Origin: a virus
Direction: 5' to 3' (one strand)
DNA: 64,000 nt
IMG/VR virus record: IMGVR_UViG_3300027499_000006
Coordinates: 10,950-74,949 of that record
Below are positions 27,260 through 43,932 of this stretch, piece after piece (within the stretch, counting starts at the first letter, position 1; each line of letters begins with the position of its first letter). Below the pieces are notes generated by a model that was given only the letters and a program-made list of their open reading frames with translations, did no database searches and was not told where the DNA came from. A program made the translations under genes and the position numbers.

Positions 27260-30200
27260 ATGACTACCCAAGTTGTTAAAAATGCACCAAATAGTCTTGT
27301 TCAGTCTGCGAACACTACTGTAACCACAACAGGCATTGTTTTCGCGTCCACTACTGCTTCTACTACAGTAGCTGGACGAGTCGCTGCAAATGGCAACTTC
27401 CCCATTCTCGTTACCCAAGTTGGAACTTTTGTTTCCGGTAGTGGTGGCACTAGAAACATAACCCTCACCTTAGGAACTTCCTCGGTAAACTTGCCGTCTG
27501 TTGCATCAAACGCGGCCGCCCAAGATACTGGGTTTCAAACACTAACCACAGCCCTATTAATTCCCGATACTAGAGCCACTACTAATAGGCCAAGTTTCTC
27601 TATATCGGTGTCTCCTACGGGCGCTGGGAACGAGTTTTTATTTGGAGCACTAACAACTGCCACAGCCACAACTAGCGCGGGTTCCCCCGGTACCAGCCCC
27701 ATCCAAGTTTCTACTGACCCTGTCACGACTATCACGGGTAAACTTCCCATTAAGTTTGGCTATGTTCAGGCACCAGCACAACCAGTTCTCACACTTACCT
27801 CGCCAACTACCTTAGGCTCCACATCGGGGAGAATTACAGCATCGTGGACTGCCCCCGACAACGGTGGAACAGCCATTACGGGCTATCGTCTTGTGTGGTC
27901 TACTAATTCTCTTCTAGGTAGTAATAATAATGAAGTAACTGTTAGTGGGTCAACGCTCACATACAATGTTGACGGCCTGATTCCTGGCACTAGGTACTAC
28001 TTCAAAGTTTTTGCAAAGAACGCAGTAACCGATACTGCTGGGACAACTGGTCCCTACCCAGATGCCCAAATTAAAAATATAGTTGCTGAGGGTACTCCAG
28101 TTAATGCCCCCACTCTTACCGCAGCCAACCCCAGTACAACTGTTCTGGGTCGGGTAGACCTCACTTGGACCGCGGCACCTGCAACTTTAAGTCCCATAAC
28201 TAGGTATAAAGTCTACGCAGACAACGTTCAAATTGCTGACGTGGCTAGCACAGTACTTTCTCATAGTGCTACTGGGTTAAACCAACGTCAAACTTACTCT
28301 TTTACGGTAAGAGCCCTAAATGCTTACGCTGTAGCTAACAGCACAACTGGTCCTAATTCAAATGCTCTGGAGAGACAATCTCCTGGAGTTCCTAGCGCCC
28401 CTCGAAATTTAAGTGGGGTTTCAGTGGAAAATTCAGTAGACCTATCTTGGGATGTGCCCGAAAATGTCGGAACAACTGGCGGTTCTATCACTCAATACGA
28501 GGTTCTCAAGTCCGGTTTTACCCCCATTACAGCCACTGGTGGTACGGTAACACAGGTTACTAGGGATGGCGTTGTGTGGAATGTGCACTCTTTCACTGGC
28601 AATGGGAGCTTTGTCGTTTCCAATGCTGGTTCTGACGGGGAAATCAGATACTTAACCGTTGGTGGTGGTGGTTCGGGTGGTAAGTCGGCAACCGTTTCTG
28701 GTGGTGGTGGTGCGGGTGGATTCGTCTCCAGCAATGCATTCCTAGACGCTACAACCTACACGGTCACGGTTGGTGCTGGTGGGGCAGCAAAAACTACAAT
28801 TGGTGTAGGAAATTCAGGTGGAAATTCCTCTATATCCACTATTGCCGAGTCTGTCGCCCTAGGTGGAGGTGGTGGTAGTGACGGAGTTTCTGCTGGTGCT
28901 GTAGGTGGCTCCGGTGGTGGTGGAGCGCCATCAACAACTGCTGTTCTTGCTGGCGGGCTTGGTACCGCTGGGCAGGGCAACAACGGTGGCTCTGGGTTCT
29001 TCAATGCAACAGTCGCTAACCGCTCTGGAGGTGGTGGTGGTGGTGCTGGGGCCTCGGGTAGTAACGGTGTATCAGCACAGGGTGGCAATGGAGGAGTAGG
29101 TCTTTCCAGCGATATTAGAACTGGGTCCGCAGTATTTTATGCTGGCGGTGGTGGTGGTGGTAAGGCCACTACCACTGGAGTAAATCCTACGGGAGGAACT
29201 GGAGGTGGCGGTGCTGGTGGGGAGACCACAACAGCTGGAACCGCAGGAACAGCAAACACAGGCGGTGGTGGTGGTGGTTCGGGTACGGGTAACGGTGGAG
29301 CAGGTGGCTCGGGTATTGTTGTAATTACCTACCCAACAGCAACTCCTGTACTGTCTAGGCAGGCTGGAGCTTTGCCAAGAACTTTTACCCACACTGGCAG
29401 AGTGATTGGTAGTACTTATAGCTATGTAGTCCGTGCTCGTAATGCTATTGGGGACACTAACAACACCACAAGCGCCAATTCAAACATAGTCTCCGTTCTT
29501 ATCTCAGTTAGTGGACCAGAGAACTTTACTGTGGAGGCTGCAACTGACGCAGCTGGTCGACTAGTTCTTTCGTGGAGTGAGCCAGCTACATCAACTGGAT
29601 ACAAAATTTTCCAAGTTATTGATGGAAATGATGTTTTGATTCAAGACCTCGGTCTCGTCACTGTCTTTAAGATTGATGAACTAACTGCTGGAACTACGTA
29701 CACGTACAAAATTAAGGCAACAAGCATTGCTCAGCCACAGGGGGGGTACTTCTCTGGTCCAGTAGATGCTTCGCCAAACGCGGGTAGTGTGCAAACAGTT
29801 CCAAGTGTTGCGGTGACTAACGACACTAACGAGCGCTTTTCGGGAACTTTTGCAACTATTAACGTCACCGCAACCACTCTTGAGTACGCTAATGAGAATC
29901 CCAGCTACCCAGAAAACACCGTTCCAGCAACATTTGGAACCATCAACAACTTGACCAACCAAAACCTAGAAGGCACATACACAATTGCTATCCCTACCTC
30001 TGACACAATAACCTTTTCCCGAGACGGGTCTGACATCCCTGCCAACACTTCTGTGGCCCAAGGAACCCTTACTAATGAGACTAATGTGCCTTTAGTAGGA
30101 ACTAAGACTGCCCTGGCTGGAACAACTGGCTCCTCAATTTTATATTCGGTGACTAGCCCAGATGTCACTGCCGAGAGTGCCATAGGAACTGTTACTGGTC

Positions 30201-30532
30201 TGACCAGTCGTGAATTTAACGAAACTGGGGCTGAAATTACTGCAGTCACAGAAACAACTTTTTCTTACGCTCTTGCCGGAGAGGATGACTTGGCCCCCTC
30301 AGTTGCTGCGGGAACTGTTAGCAACAAAACTAATGCTGAAATTTTTAATGGTGAAGACATTGAAGTAGATAATATTGTAGGCTACGACACAGTTTCGTAT
30401 AATGTAACAGGAGCCAGTGCGCTATTAAATAGTGCCCACTCCTCTACGGTAGACTATCCTTTAGACGCAGTGGAAAAGGTTGACAGCGAGGCTGAACTTA
30501 CAGTCAAGTATCGCTCTGGCTGGCTCGCCTAA
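27260..30532 (+). CDS. Minor tail protein: FN3 repeats, Gly-rich insert, C-halves of the nested repeat and Dit-type C-terminus
   Basis: FN3 motifs (ASWTAP...ITGYRLVW...LIPGTRYYFKVFAKN etc.); SD AAGGAGGTG; ends ELTVKYRSGWLA. Confidence 0.8.
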   Translation: MTTQVVKNAPNSLVQSANTTVTTTGIVFASTTASTTVAGRVAANGNFPILVTQVGTFVSGSGGTRNITLTLGTSSVNLPSVASNAAAQDTGFQTLTTALLIPDTRATTNRPSFSISVSPTGAGNEFLFGALTTATATTSAGSPGTSPIQVSTDPVTTITGKLPIKFGYVQAPAQPVLTLTSPTTLGSTSGRITASWTAPDNGGTAITGYRLVWSTNSLLGSNNNEVTVSGSTLTYNVDGLIPGTRYYFKVFAKNAVTDTAGTTGPYPDAQIKNIVAEGTPVNAPTLTAANPSTTVLGRVDLTWTAAPATLSPITRYKVYADNVQIADVASTVLSHSATGLNQRQTYSFTVRALNAYAVANSTTGPNSNALERQSPGVPSAPRNLSGVSVENSVDLSWDVPENVGTTGGSITQYEVLKSGFTPITATGGTVTQVTRDGVVWNVHSFTGNGSFVVSNAGSDGEIRYLTVGGGGSGGKSATVSGGGGAGGFVSSNAFLDATTYTVTVGAGGAAKTTIGVGNSGGNSSISTIAESVALGGGGGSDGVSAGAVGGSGGGGAPSTTAVLAGGLGTAGQGNNGGSGFFNATVANRSGGGGGGAGASGSNGVSAQGGNGGVGLSSDIRTGSAVFYAGGGGGGKATTTGVNPTGGTGGGGAGGETTTAGTAGTANTGGGGGGSGTGNGGAGGSGIVVITYPTATPVLSRQAGALPRTFTHTGRVIGSTYSYVVRARNAIGDTNNTTSANSNIVSVLISVSGPENFTVEAATDAAGRLVLSWSEPATSTGYKIFQVIDGNDVLIQDLGLVTVFKIDELTAGTTYTYKIKATSIAQPQGGYFSGPVDASPNAGSVQTVPSVAVTNDTNERFSGTFATINVTATTLEYANENPSYPENTVPATFGTINNLTNQNLEGTYTIAIPTSDTITFSRDGSDIPANTSVAQGTLTNETNVPLVGTKTALAGTTGSSILYSVTSPDVTAESAIGTVTGLTSREFNETGAEITAVTETTFSYALAGEDDLAPSVAAGTVSNKTNAEIFNGEDIEVDNIVGYDTVSYNVTGASALLNSAHSSTVDYPLDAVEKVDSEAELTVKYRSGWLA

Positions 30533-30555
30533 AGACGTGAAAGATAGAAAGTGAC

Positions 30556-38399
<7,844 letters not shown>

Positions 38400-38438
38400 T
38401 CAATAAATGGTGTATAATTACACCGATTGGAGTTTTAA

Positions 38439-38678
38439 GTGCCACTAGACTTTCCCGCCAGCCCGTCTGACGGGGACCTATATGAAGACTTTTACTGGAG
38501 TGCATCCGCAGGCATCTGGAGAAGGCAGCTCAGTACCGTTGAGAATATTGACGACTTAGCTAACGTCGATGCTGTGAACCCAGCTGATGGGGATATACTT
38601 GTTTACAGCTCATCTTCAAGTACTTGGGTGGCGCAGGAAGATGCTACAATTGGTTTAATACTTGCCCTAGGAGGGTAG
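38439..38678 (+). CDS. Small fibre-associated protein with LDFP-GD N-terminal module
   Basis: MPLDFPASPSDGDLYEDFYW...GIWR; C-terminal IGLILALGG. Confidence 0.7.
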   Translation: MPLDFPASPSDGDLYEDFYWSASAGIWRRQLSTVENIDDLANVDAVNPADGDILVYSSSSSTWVAQEDATIGLILALGG

Positions 38679-38681
38679 TCT

Positions 38682-39008
38682 ATGGCGCAAACATTTAAAA
38701 ACGCAAAAAAGGTTCTAACTGCCTCTTCATCTGCCATTTACACCGTGCCATCGGCAACAACAGCAATTATTATTGGGTGTCAGGTCACAAACGTGGGGAT
38801 TGCCAGTCACGACTTGACTATGTCTTGGACAGATAGCTCAGACGGTGATGCTGAGATTTATTTAGCTGAAGTAATCCCCATTCCAGACTCGGCTGCTTAT
38901 GAACCCATTGGCGGGAAGTTAGTTCTTGAGGCTGGAGATGTTTTAAAGGGTCTTGGTGACACCACGGAAGTTCTAGAAGTGACTGTGAGTATCCTGGAGA
39001 TATCGTGA
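38682..39008 (+). CDS. Small beta-rich virion protein
   Basis: MAQTFKNA...IYTVPSATTAIIIG...KLVLEAGD...VSILEIS. Confidence 0.7.
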   Translation: MAQTFKNAKKVLTASSSAIYTVPSATTAIIIGCQVTNVGIASHDLTMSWTDSSDGDAEIYLAEVIPIPDSAAYEPIGGKLVLEAGDVLKGLGDTTEVLEVTVSILEIS

Positions 39009-40057
39009 CAGGTGGCGGAGGCTATCTAGGCTTCGGCAGGGTCCCAGAGTGGCTCAATGCAACTACTGGGATTGGTAGGTGGGGTAGTGATGACGTCTAC
39101 CTTGCCAGACTAGAAAATGAGTGGCCTGGTTATCAGATACCAGTTGAGTACGTTGTTGTTGGGGGCGGTGGTGGCACAGGCGGAACTAGAGACGACCTAC
39201 AACTCTCTGGTGGGGGCGGTGGTGGTGGGTATAGGTGCAGTGTCTTTGGTGAAAGAAGCGGTGGTGGTACAGCTATACCAGCAGAACCCCCTTTTCTTGC
39301 CAGTGTTGGTCAGTCCGCCACAGTAACTGTCGGGGCTGGGGGAGCGTCTGGTGTGGGGGGCGGTACCCCAACTAACGGGGCAAATGGGGGTAACTCTGTT
39401 TTTGGCAGTATCACAGCTTTGGGTGGTGGCTATGGAGCTACTGACACTGGGACTGGTCTTGGAGGAGACGGAGGCTCTGGCGGTGGTGGCACTAACAGGA
39501 GCAGGAACGGAGGCATAGGGACACCTGGTCAAGGCTTAAACGGTGGTAAAGGTGGCCCATATGGCGTAAACCCAACGGGGGCTGGTGGTGGTGGTGGGTC
39601 TAGAGAGGGTGGTTATGGGGGAGACGTTGTAGAGTTTGATGCTATTGGTGACGTAAATGTTGGTGGAGATGGTATTGGGGGGAACGGTGGTAGAGGTCTC
39701 TCCAGCTCGATAACTGGCTCCTCCGTGGCTCGTGGTGGTGGTGGTGGTGGTGGTGCCAGTGGAACAGCTGGGCTTGGCAGGGCTGGCGGTGCCAACGGAG
39801 TAACGGGAACTACAGATGGGCTTTCTGGAACAGCAAACAGGGGTGGCGGTGGTGGTGGTTCTGCATATTTCTCCAAGATAGCGGGTTCTAGTAATGGTGG
39901 AGCAGGTGGCTCTGGAATCGTTATACTCCGATACCCAAACATATATGGTAATTTGACTGTTGGTGCTGGACTATCATTTACTGGTCCTACAACAGTTGGA
40001 GAGTATAAGGTGTACCAATTTACTTCTGGTAGTGGGTCGGTGACTTTTAATGCCTAA
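39005..40057 (+). CDS. Glycine-rich domain virion protein
   Basis: VEYVVVGGGGG...TVGAGG...GGSGIVILRYP...YQFTSGSG. Confidence 0.8.
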   Translation: MTGGGGYLGFGRVPEWLNATTGIGRWGSDDVYLARLENEWPGYQIPVEYVVVGGGGGTGGTRDDLQLSGGGGGGGYRCSVFGERSGGGTAIPAEPPFLASVGQSATVTVGAGGASGVGGGTPTNGANGGNSVFGSITALGGGYGATDTGTGLGGDGGSGGGGTNRSRNGGIGTPGQGLNGGKGGPYGVNPTGAGGGGGSREGGYGGDVVEFDAIGDVNVGGDGIGGNGGRGLSSSITGSSVARGGGGGGGASGTAGLGRAGGANGVTGTTDGLSGTANRGGGGGGSAYFSKIAGSSNGGAGGSGIVILRYPNIYGNLTVGAGLSFTGPTTVGEYKVYQFTSGSGSVTFNA

Positions 40058-40958
40058 AAATGCTGGCTTTAAGGGATTCCAAAACATCCCCACATATTCT
40101 TCTGCTCCCGGTATATGGAGTGTTAAACAAGTTTACACCGCTCTTAGTGCTGGTCCTTGGCCAAATCCTCCTCAGGTTGAGTATTTATCTGTTGCTGGGG
40201 GTGGAGGTGGTGGAACTGCTGACAACGAAACCGAGGCTGGTGGAGGTGGTGGTGCTGGGGGATTTAGAACTGGCACAACAAGGCTAAATATTGGTGCTGG
40301 TGTTTTGATTTCTGTTGGTGCTGCTGGTATTGGTACTGGTGGTATCTCCTTCCTCGCTAATGGTACCCCCGGTGGAATATCTAGGGTAGGGAGTATTATC
40401 TCTGCTGGCGGTGGTGGTGGTGGGCAGGCTAGAGGTGGCGACAATGCTGGCGACGGGGGCTCCGGTGGTGGTGGAGCTTCGAGAAATACTGAGGGTGGAC
40501 TTGGAAACGTTCCAGAAACAATTCCGGCACAGGGATATGACGGAAGGCTCGGCTCCGGTAATGACGGTGGTGGTGGTGGTGGTGCCGGAGGCGTTGGTGT
40601 TGGTTCTATATACATAGCTGGAGTCGGAGTTTCCTCTTCCATCTCAGGGAGTCCTGTAACTTATGCTACGGGTGGACAGGGTGGTAGGGGGACAAATAGT
40701 TCTGGGTCTGTAGTGGGGACTGCTAATACTGGGCAAGGTGGTGGAGGTGGTGTTGCCTCTGGAGAGGCAGCTGGTGGGGCCCAACGAATGGGCCCTGGGA
40801 AAAATGGTGGTAGTGGGGTAGTTATTATAAAATACCCAGAAGCATACCCAGTTTTATCATTTGTAAATGCGCCTGGGCTTGTTTCTGATGCACCAACTGT
40901 TTCTGGAGGATACAGGGTATATAGGTTTACTTCTGGTTCTGGCACCGTAAGTTTTTAG
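40050..40958 (+). CDS. Glycine-rich domain virion protein (paralog)
   Basis: VEYLSVAGGGGGG...GGSGVVIIKYP...YRFTSGSGTVSF. Confidence 0.8.
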   Translation: MPKNAGFKGFQNIPTYSSAPGIWSVKQVYTALSAGPWPNPPQVEYLSVAGGGGGGTADNETEAGGGGGAGGFRTGTTRLNIGAGVLISVGAAGIGTGGISFLANGTPGGISRVGSIISAGGGGGGQARGGDNAGDGGSGGGGASRNTEGGLGNVPETIPAQGYDGRLGSGNDGGGGGGAGGVGVGSIYIAGVGVSSSISGSPVTYATGGQGGRGTNSSGSVVGTANTGQGGGGGVASGEAAGGAQRMGPGKNGGSGVVIIKYPEAYPVLSFVNAPGLVSDAPTVSGGYRVYRFTSGSGTVSF

Positions 40959-40973
40959 TTTATAGGAGATAAA

Positions 40974-41351
40974 ATGGCGCACTACGCACTGATAAATGAA
41001 AACAACGTTGTTTTTAACGTGATAACTGGTCGCGATGAGGATGAAGTTGTCGGTGGTATCTCCGACTGGGAGCAGTATTATGGTGAGCTTCATAACTGTC
41101 TCTGCCTCAGAACTTCTTATAACACTCTAGGGAACACACATCTTTCTGGTGGCACCCCCTTCCGTGGCAACTATGCTGGAATTGGGTTTATGTATTTGGA
41201 AGACTTAGATATTTTTATTCCACCAAAACCATATGAGTCTTGGGTTATCGATGAGACCACTGCTCTGTGGGTGCCCCCAGTTGCGTATCCTTCTGACGGA
41301 GAACGCTATGTCTGGAATGAAGATAGGATTTCTTGGGATATAGAGAGCTAA
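40974..41351 (+). CDS. Hypothetical protein typical of Gly-rich fibre clusters
   Basis: MAHYALINENNVV...RTSYN...FRGNYAGIG...FIPPKPYESW...WVPPVAYP. Confidence 0.75.
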   Translation: MAHYALINENNVVFNVITGRDEDEVVGGISDWEQYYGELHNCLCLRTSYNTLGNTHLSGGTPFRGNYAGIGFMYLEDLDIFIPPKPYESWVIDETTALWVPPVAYPSDGERYVWNEDRISWDIES

Positions 41352-41393
41352 ATAAGACTCTATGCTATACTTAGTCAAGATTGGAGATACCTT

Positions 41394-41651
41394 ATGTCAC
41401 TAGACTTTCCTAATGCACCAGATGATGGTGACCAATATGAAGGTTATGTGTGGAATGACGCTGTCGGTGTTTGGCAGATTGACAATAACTTTAATTACAG
41501 CGACCCTATAAGGCTTTTCCAAGCTGACCCAGAGATTGGTGCAGACTTTTCTGTACCAGAAAATTTTAATTTTATGACTATTGGTCCGCTGTCAGTGGCT
41601 TTTGATATGACACTGACAATACCAATTGATTCAATAGTTATTGTTTTTTAA
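41394..41651 (+). CDS. Small protein with LDFP-GD N-terminal module
   Basis: MSLDFPNAPDDGDQYEGYVW...GVWQ. Confidence 0.7.
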   Translation: MSLDFPNAPDDGDQYEGYVWNDAVGVWQIDNNFNYSDPIRLFQADPEIGADFSVPENFNFMTIGPLSVAFDMTLTIPIDSIVIVF

Positions 41652-41676
41652 GTAAATTTAGCTAACAAGGAGAAAA

Positions 41677-42423
41677 ATGAGTGTCATTAGGGTAAACCAG
41701 CTTAAGAATCTGGATGACCAAGAAATCTTTACTACCACTAGTGGAACACTGGTTTTGCCAGCTGGAAGCACAAGTAGGGCTCCCATGCAGTTCACTGCTG
41801 GTCCAGGACTGACTACCCCCGTTGCTGGTAGCCTTGAGTTTAATGGGAACACGTTTCTCACAACATCGAACGCAACCTCTGGTCGAGCCTTCAACGACGA
41901 CAGCCTTTTGTATGGACTAGATGCTGACAGGACTATTGTTGCTACTGTTGTTGCCGGTACTTTTTACGATATTTTTGGTTTTGGTATTTCTGTACCCGCT
42001 GGTGGCTCATACATTTTTGATATTTTTGTGGGTCTTAGGACTGGTGCAACTTCACACACTGTTTCTTTTGCTTTTGGTGGAACAGCAGTAATCGATAAAA
42101 CTCAGTTCCGCACAGAGTTTACAAACGCTCTGGTATCGACTGGTGTAGCTGTCCCAGCTGCCCCCGCATCTTCAGTAGAAGTATTTTTCACGGGAAACCC
42201 CAACTCAGCTGCCAACGGTGTGATTTCAGCAGCTTCAACTGGTGTCACTAAATTTTTTAGGGTTCACGGCATGGTTGAAATTTTGACTGGTGGGGTGCTT
42301 AGACCCCAAATTGCTTTCAGCGCAAACCCCACAGGAACAAATCAAGTTACTCGCTTGTCTTACGCAAGGTTTAACTCTGTTGGGTCATATTCAGGAAACT
42401 TGATAGCAGGGAACTGGTCTTAG
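41677..42423 (+). CDS. Beta-rich fibre / appendage protein
   Basis: MSVIRVNQLKN...; SD AAGGAG; jelly-roll-like C-terminus. Confidence 0.65.
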   Translation: MSVIRVNQLKNLDDQEIFTTTSGTLVLPAGSTSRAPMQFTAGPGLTTPVAGSLEFNGNTFLTTSNATSGRAFNDDSLLYGLDADRTIVATVVAGTFYDIFGFGISVPAGGSYIFDIFVGLRTGATSHTVSFAFGGTAVIDKTQFRTEFTNALVSTGVAVPAAPASSVEVFFTGNPNSAANGVISAASTGVTKFFRVHGMVEILTGGVLRPQIAFSANPTGTNQVTRLSYARFNSVGSYSGNLIAGNWS

Positions 42424-42429
42424 TGATTA

Positions 42430-43932
42430 ATGACAGCCCTAAACTTTCCGCTAGCCCCCGATGACGGTGACACATACGAAGACTATTTTTATGACGCCGA
42501 ATCTAGTGCTTGGCGTCTAAACCCCTCTCCTCTGGTAACGGGTCCAACAGGTCCTGCTGGGGCTCAAGGAAAATTTACTGTATCTCCAACAGCTCCCATA
42601 GGTCCTGTAGAGGGTGACACTTGGTTTTACTCTGAAGACGGTACATCTTTTATTTGGTATGAAGATGCTGACGGAGGCCAGTGGGTAGAGTTCGGTAATC
42701 TCTCTCAGGGGCCCGCAGGGGAGAACGGGGCCGTGGGCGCTACAGGTCCTACTGGTCCTAGGGGACTTAGTGACACTCCCGCTGGTGTCGTGGTACCGTG
42801 GCCATCCACCACACCGCCCACCGACTGGTTGTTATGTGATGGGTCTCAGGTCAATAAAAACACATACCCCAGTCTTTTTGCCGTAATTGGATACACCTAT
42901 GGGGGGTCGTCGCCCAGCAACCTTTTTAACCTACCCAACCTATCTGGTCGGGTTGTTGTGGGGCGCAATGCTTCTGATGCAAGTTTTGACGTTTTGGGTG
43001 AGACTGGTGGCTCAAAAACGCACACCCTCACAACTTCGGAAATCCCATCTCACACTCACGCCGGAGAATCTCATAGCCATGCCACCACTACAACTAGTGA
43101 AGCCGGAAGTCACTCCCACACTATAAGTACAAATAGTGCTGGCACGCACGGCCACAACTCAAGTATCGGAAGCGGTGGCTCACACTCCCACGGCGGTAGT
43201 ACTACTAATACTGGCTCCCACAGCCACACCCACAGCAGAATTGGAAGTCTTAACACTGCTAACGTCGCGGCTGGAGCTAACGCACTTAGGGCAACAGGGT
43301 TTAACACCATTAACACCGCAACCACTAGCAATACTGGTAGTCACTCGCACAACATCACCACAAACACTGATGGGTCACACAACCACAGTATTTCTATAGC
43401 TGAAAATGGTAGCCACTCACACAGTGGTAATACGAGTAACACGGGAAGCCACACTCACACTGTATCAGTAGATAGCTCAACAGCAACGGTACAAAACACT
43501 GGTGGTGGACTAGCACACAATAATCTTCAACCCTACATAACACTTAACTACATTATTAAAGCAACTGCTGCTGAAGTTGCGGGAGAGCCAGAACTTGCCG
43601 TTCGGGTTACAGCGTTAGAAAACGCAACCGAAGTAACCACTGTCACAGTAAATACAATAGTTTTAGACTTTTCTTCGGGCGACGGGCTCCTATCTAGGAC
43701 GGTTACAGGAAACATAGATTTTAGTGTTTTTGCTTACGCAACTGGGGCAGAAAGAACAGTAAGACTAGTTGGAGATGCCTCAACGCGAACTTTAACTTTT
43801 CCAGCAGGGTGGGTATTTCTTGGCACCAAACCTACAGAACTGGCTGCGAACACGGTTGGTGTTTTGAATCTAAGATGCTTTGGCTCCAACGAGGCCAACT
43901 GCGTTGCTCAGTGGGGGGCTAGTGTTGCATAA
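42430..43932 (+). CDS. Tail-collar-domain fibre with HxH needle repeats
   Basis: PAGVVVPW...[11 protein letters not shown]...[11 protein letters not shown]...[13 protein letters not shown] (tail collar); about 10 GSHSH-type motifs; [15 protein letters not shown]. Confidence 0.85.
   Translation: MTALNFPLAPDDGDTYEDYFYDAESSAWRLNPSPLVTGPTGPAGAQGKFTVSPTAPIGPVEGDTWFYSEDGTSFIWYEDADGGQWVEFGNLSQGPAGENGAVGATGPTGPRGLSDTPAGVVVPWPSTTPPTDWLLCDGSQVNKNTYPSLFAVIGYTYGGSSPSNLFNLPNLSGRVVVGRNASDASFDVLGETGGSKTHTLTTSEIPSHTHAGESHSHATTTTSEAGSHSHTISTNSAGTHGHNSSIGSGGSHSHGGSTTNTGSHSHTHSRIGSLNTANVAAGANALRATGFNTINTATTSNTGSHSHNITTNTDGSHNHSISIAENGSHSHSGNTSNTGSHTHTVSVDSSTATVQNTGGGLAHNNLQPYITLNYIIKATAAEVAGEPELAVRVTALENATEVTTVTVNTIVLDFSSGDGLLSRTVTGNIDFSVFAYATGAERTVRLVGDASTRTLTFPAGWVFLGTKPTELAANTVGVLNLRCFGSNEANCVAQWGASVA

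Noticed and set aside
27254-27262. Genome-wide TAG recoding suggested by the in-frame TAG between Dit and the next ORF
   Set aside because: TAG terminates many clearly bounded genes (e.g. 12359, 18420, 34257, 38399, 47-kb region neighbours, 56079) and long ORFs are intact in code 11. In-frame adjacency also occurs at 5190/5191 and 38678/38682. Only local readthrough remains possible.
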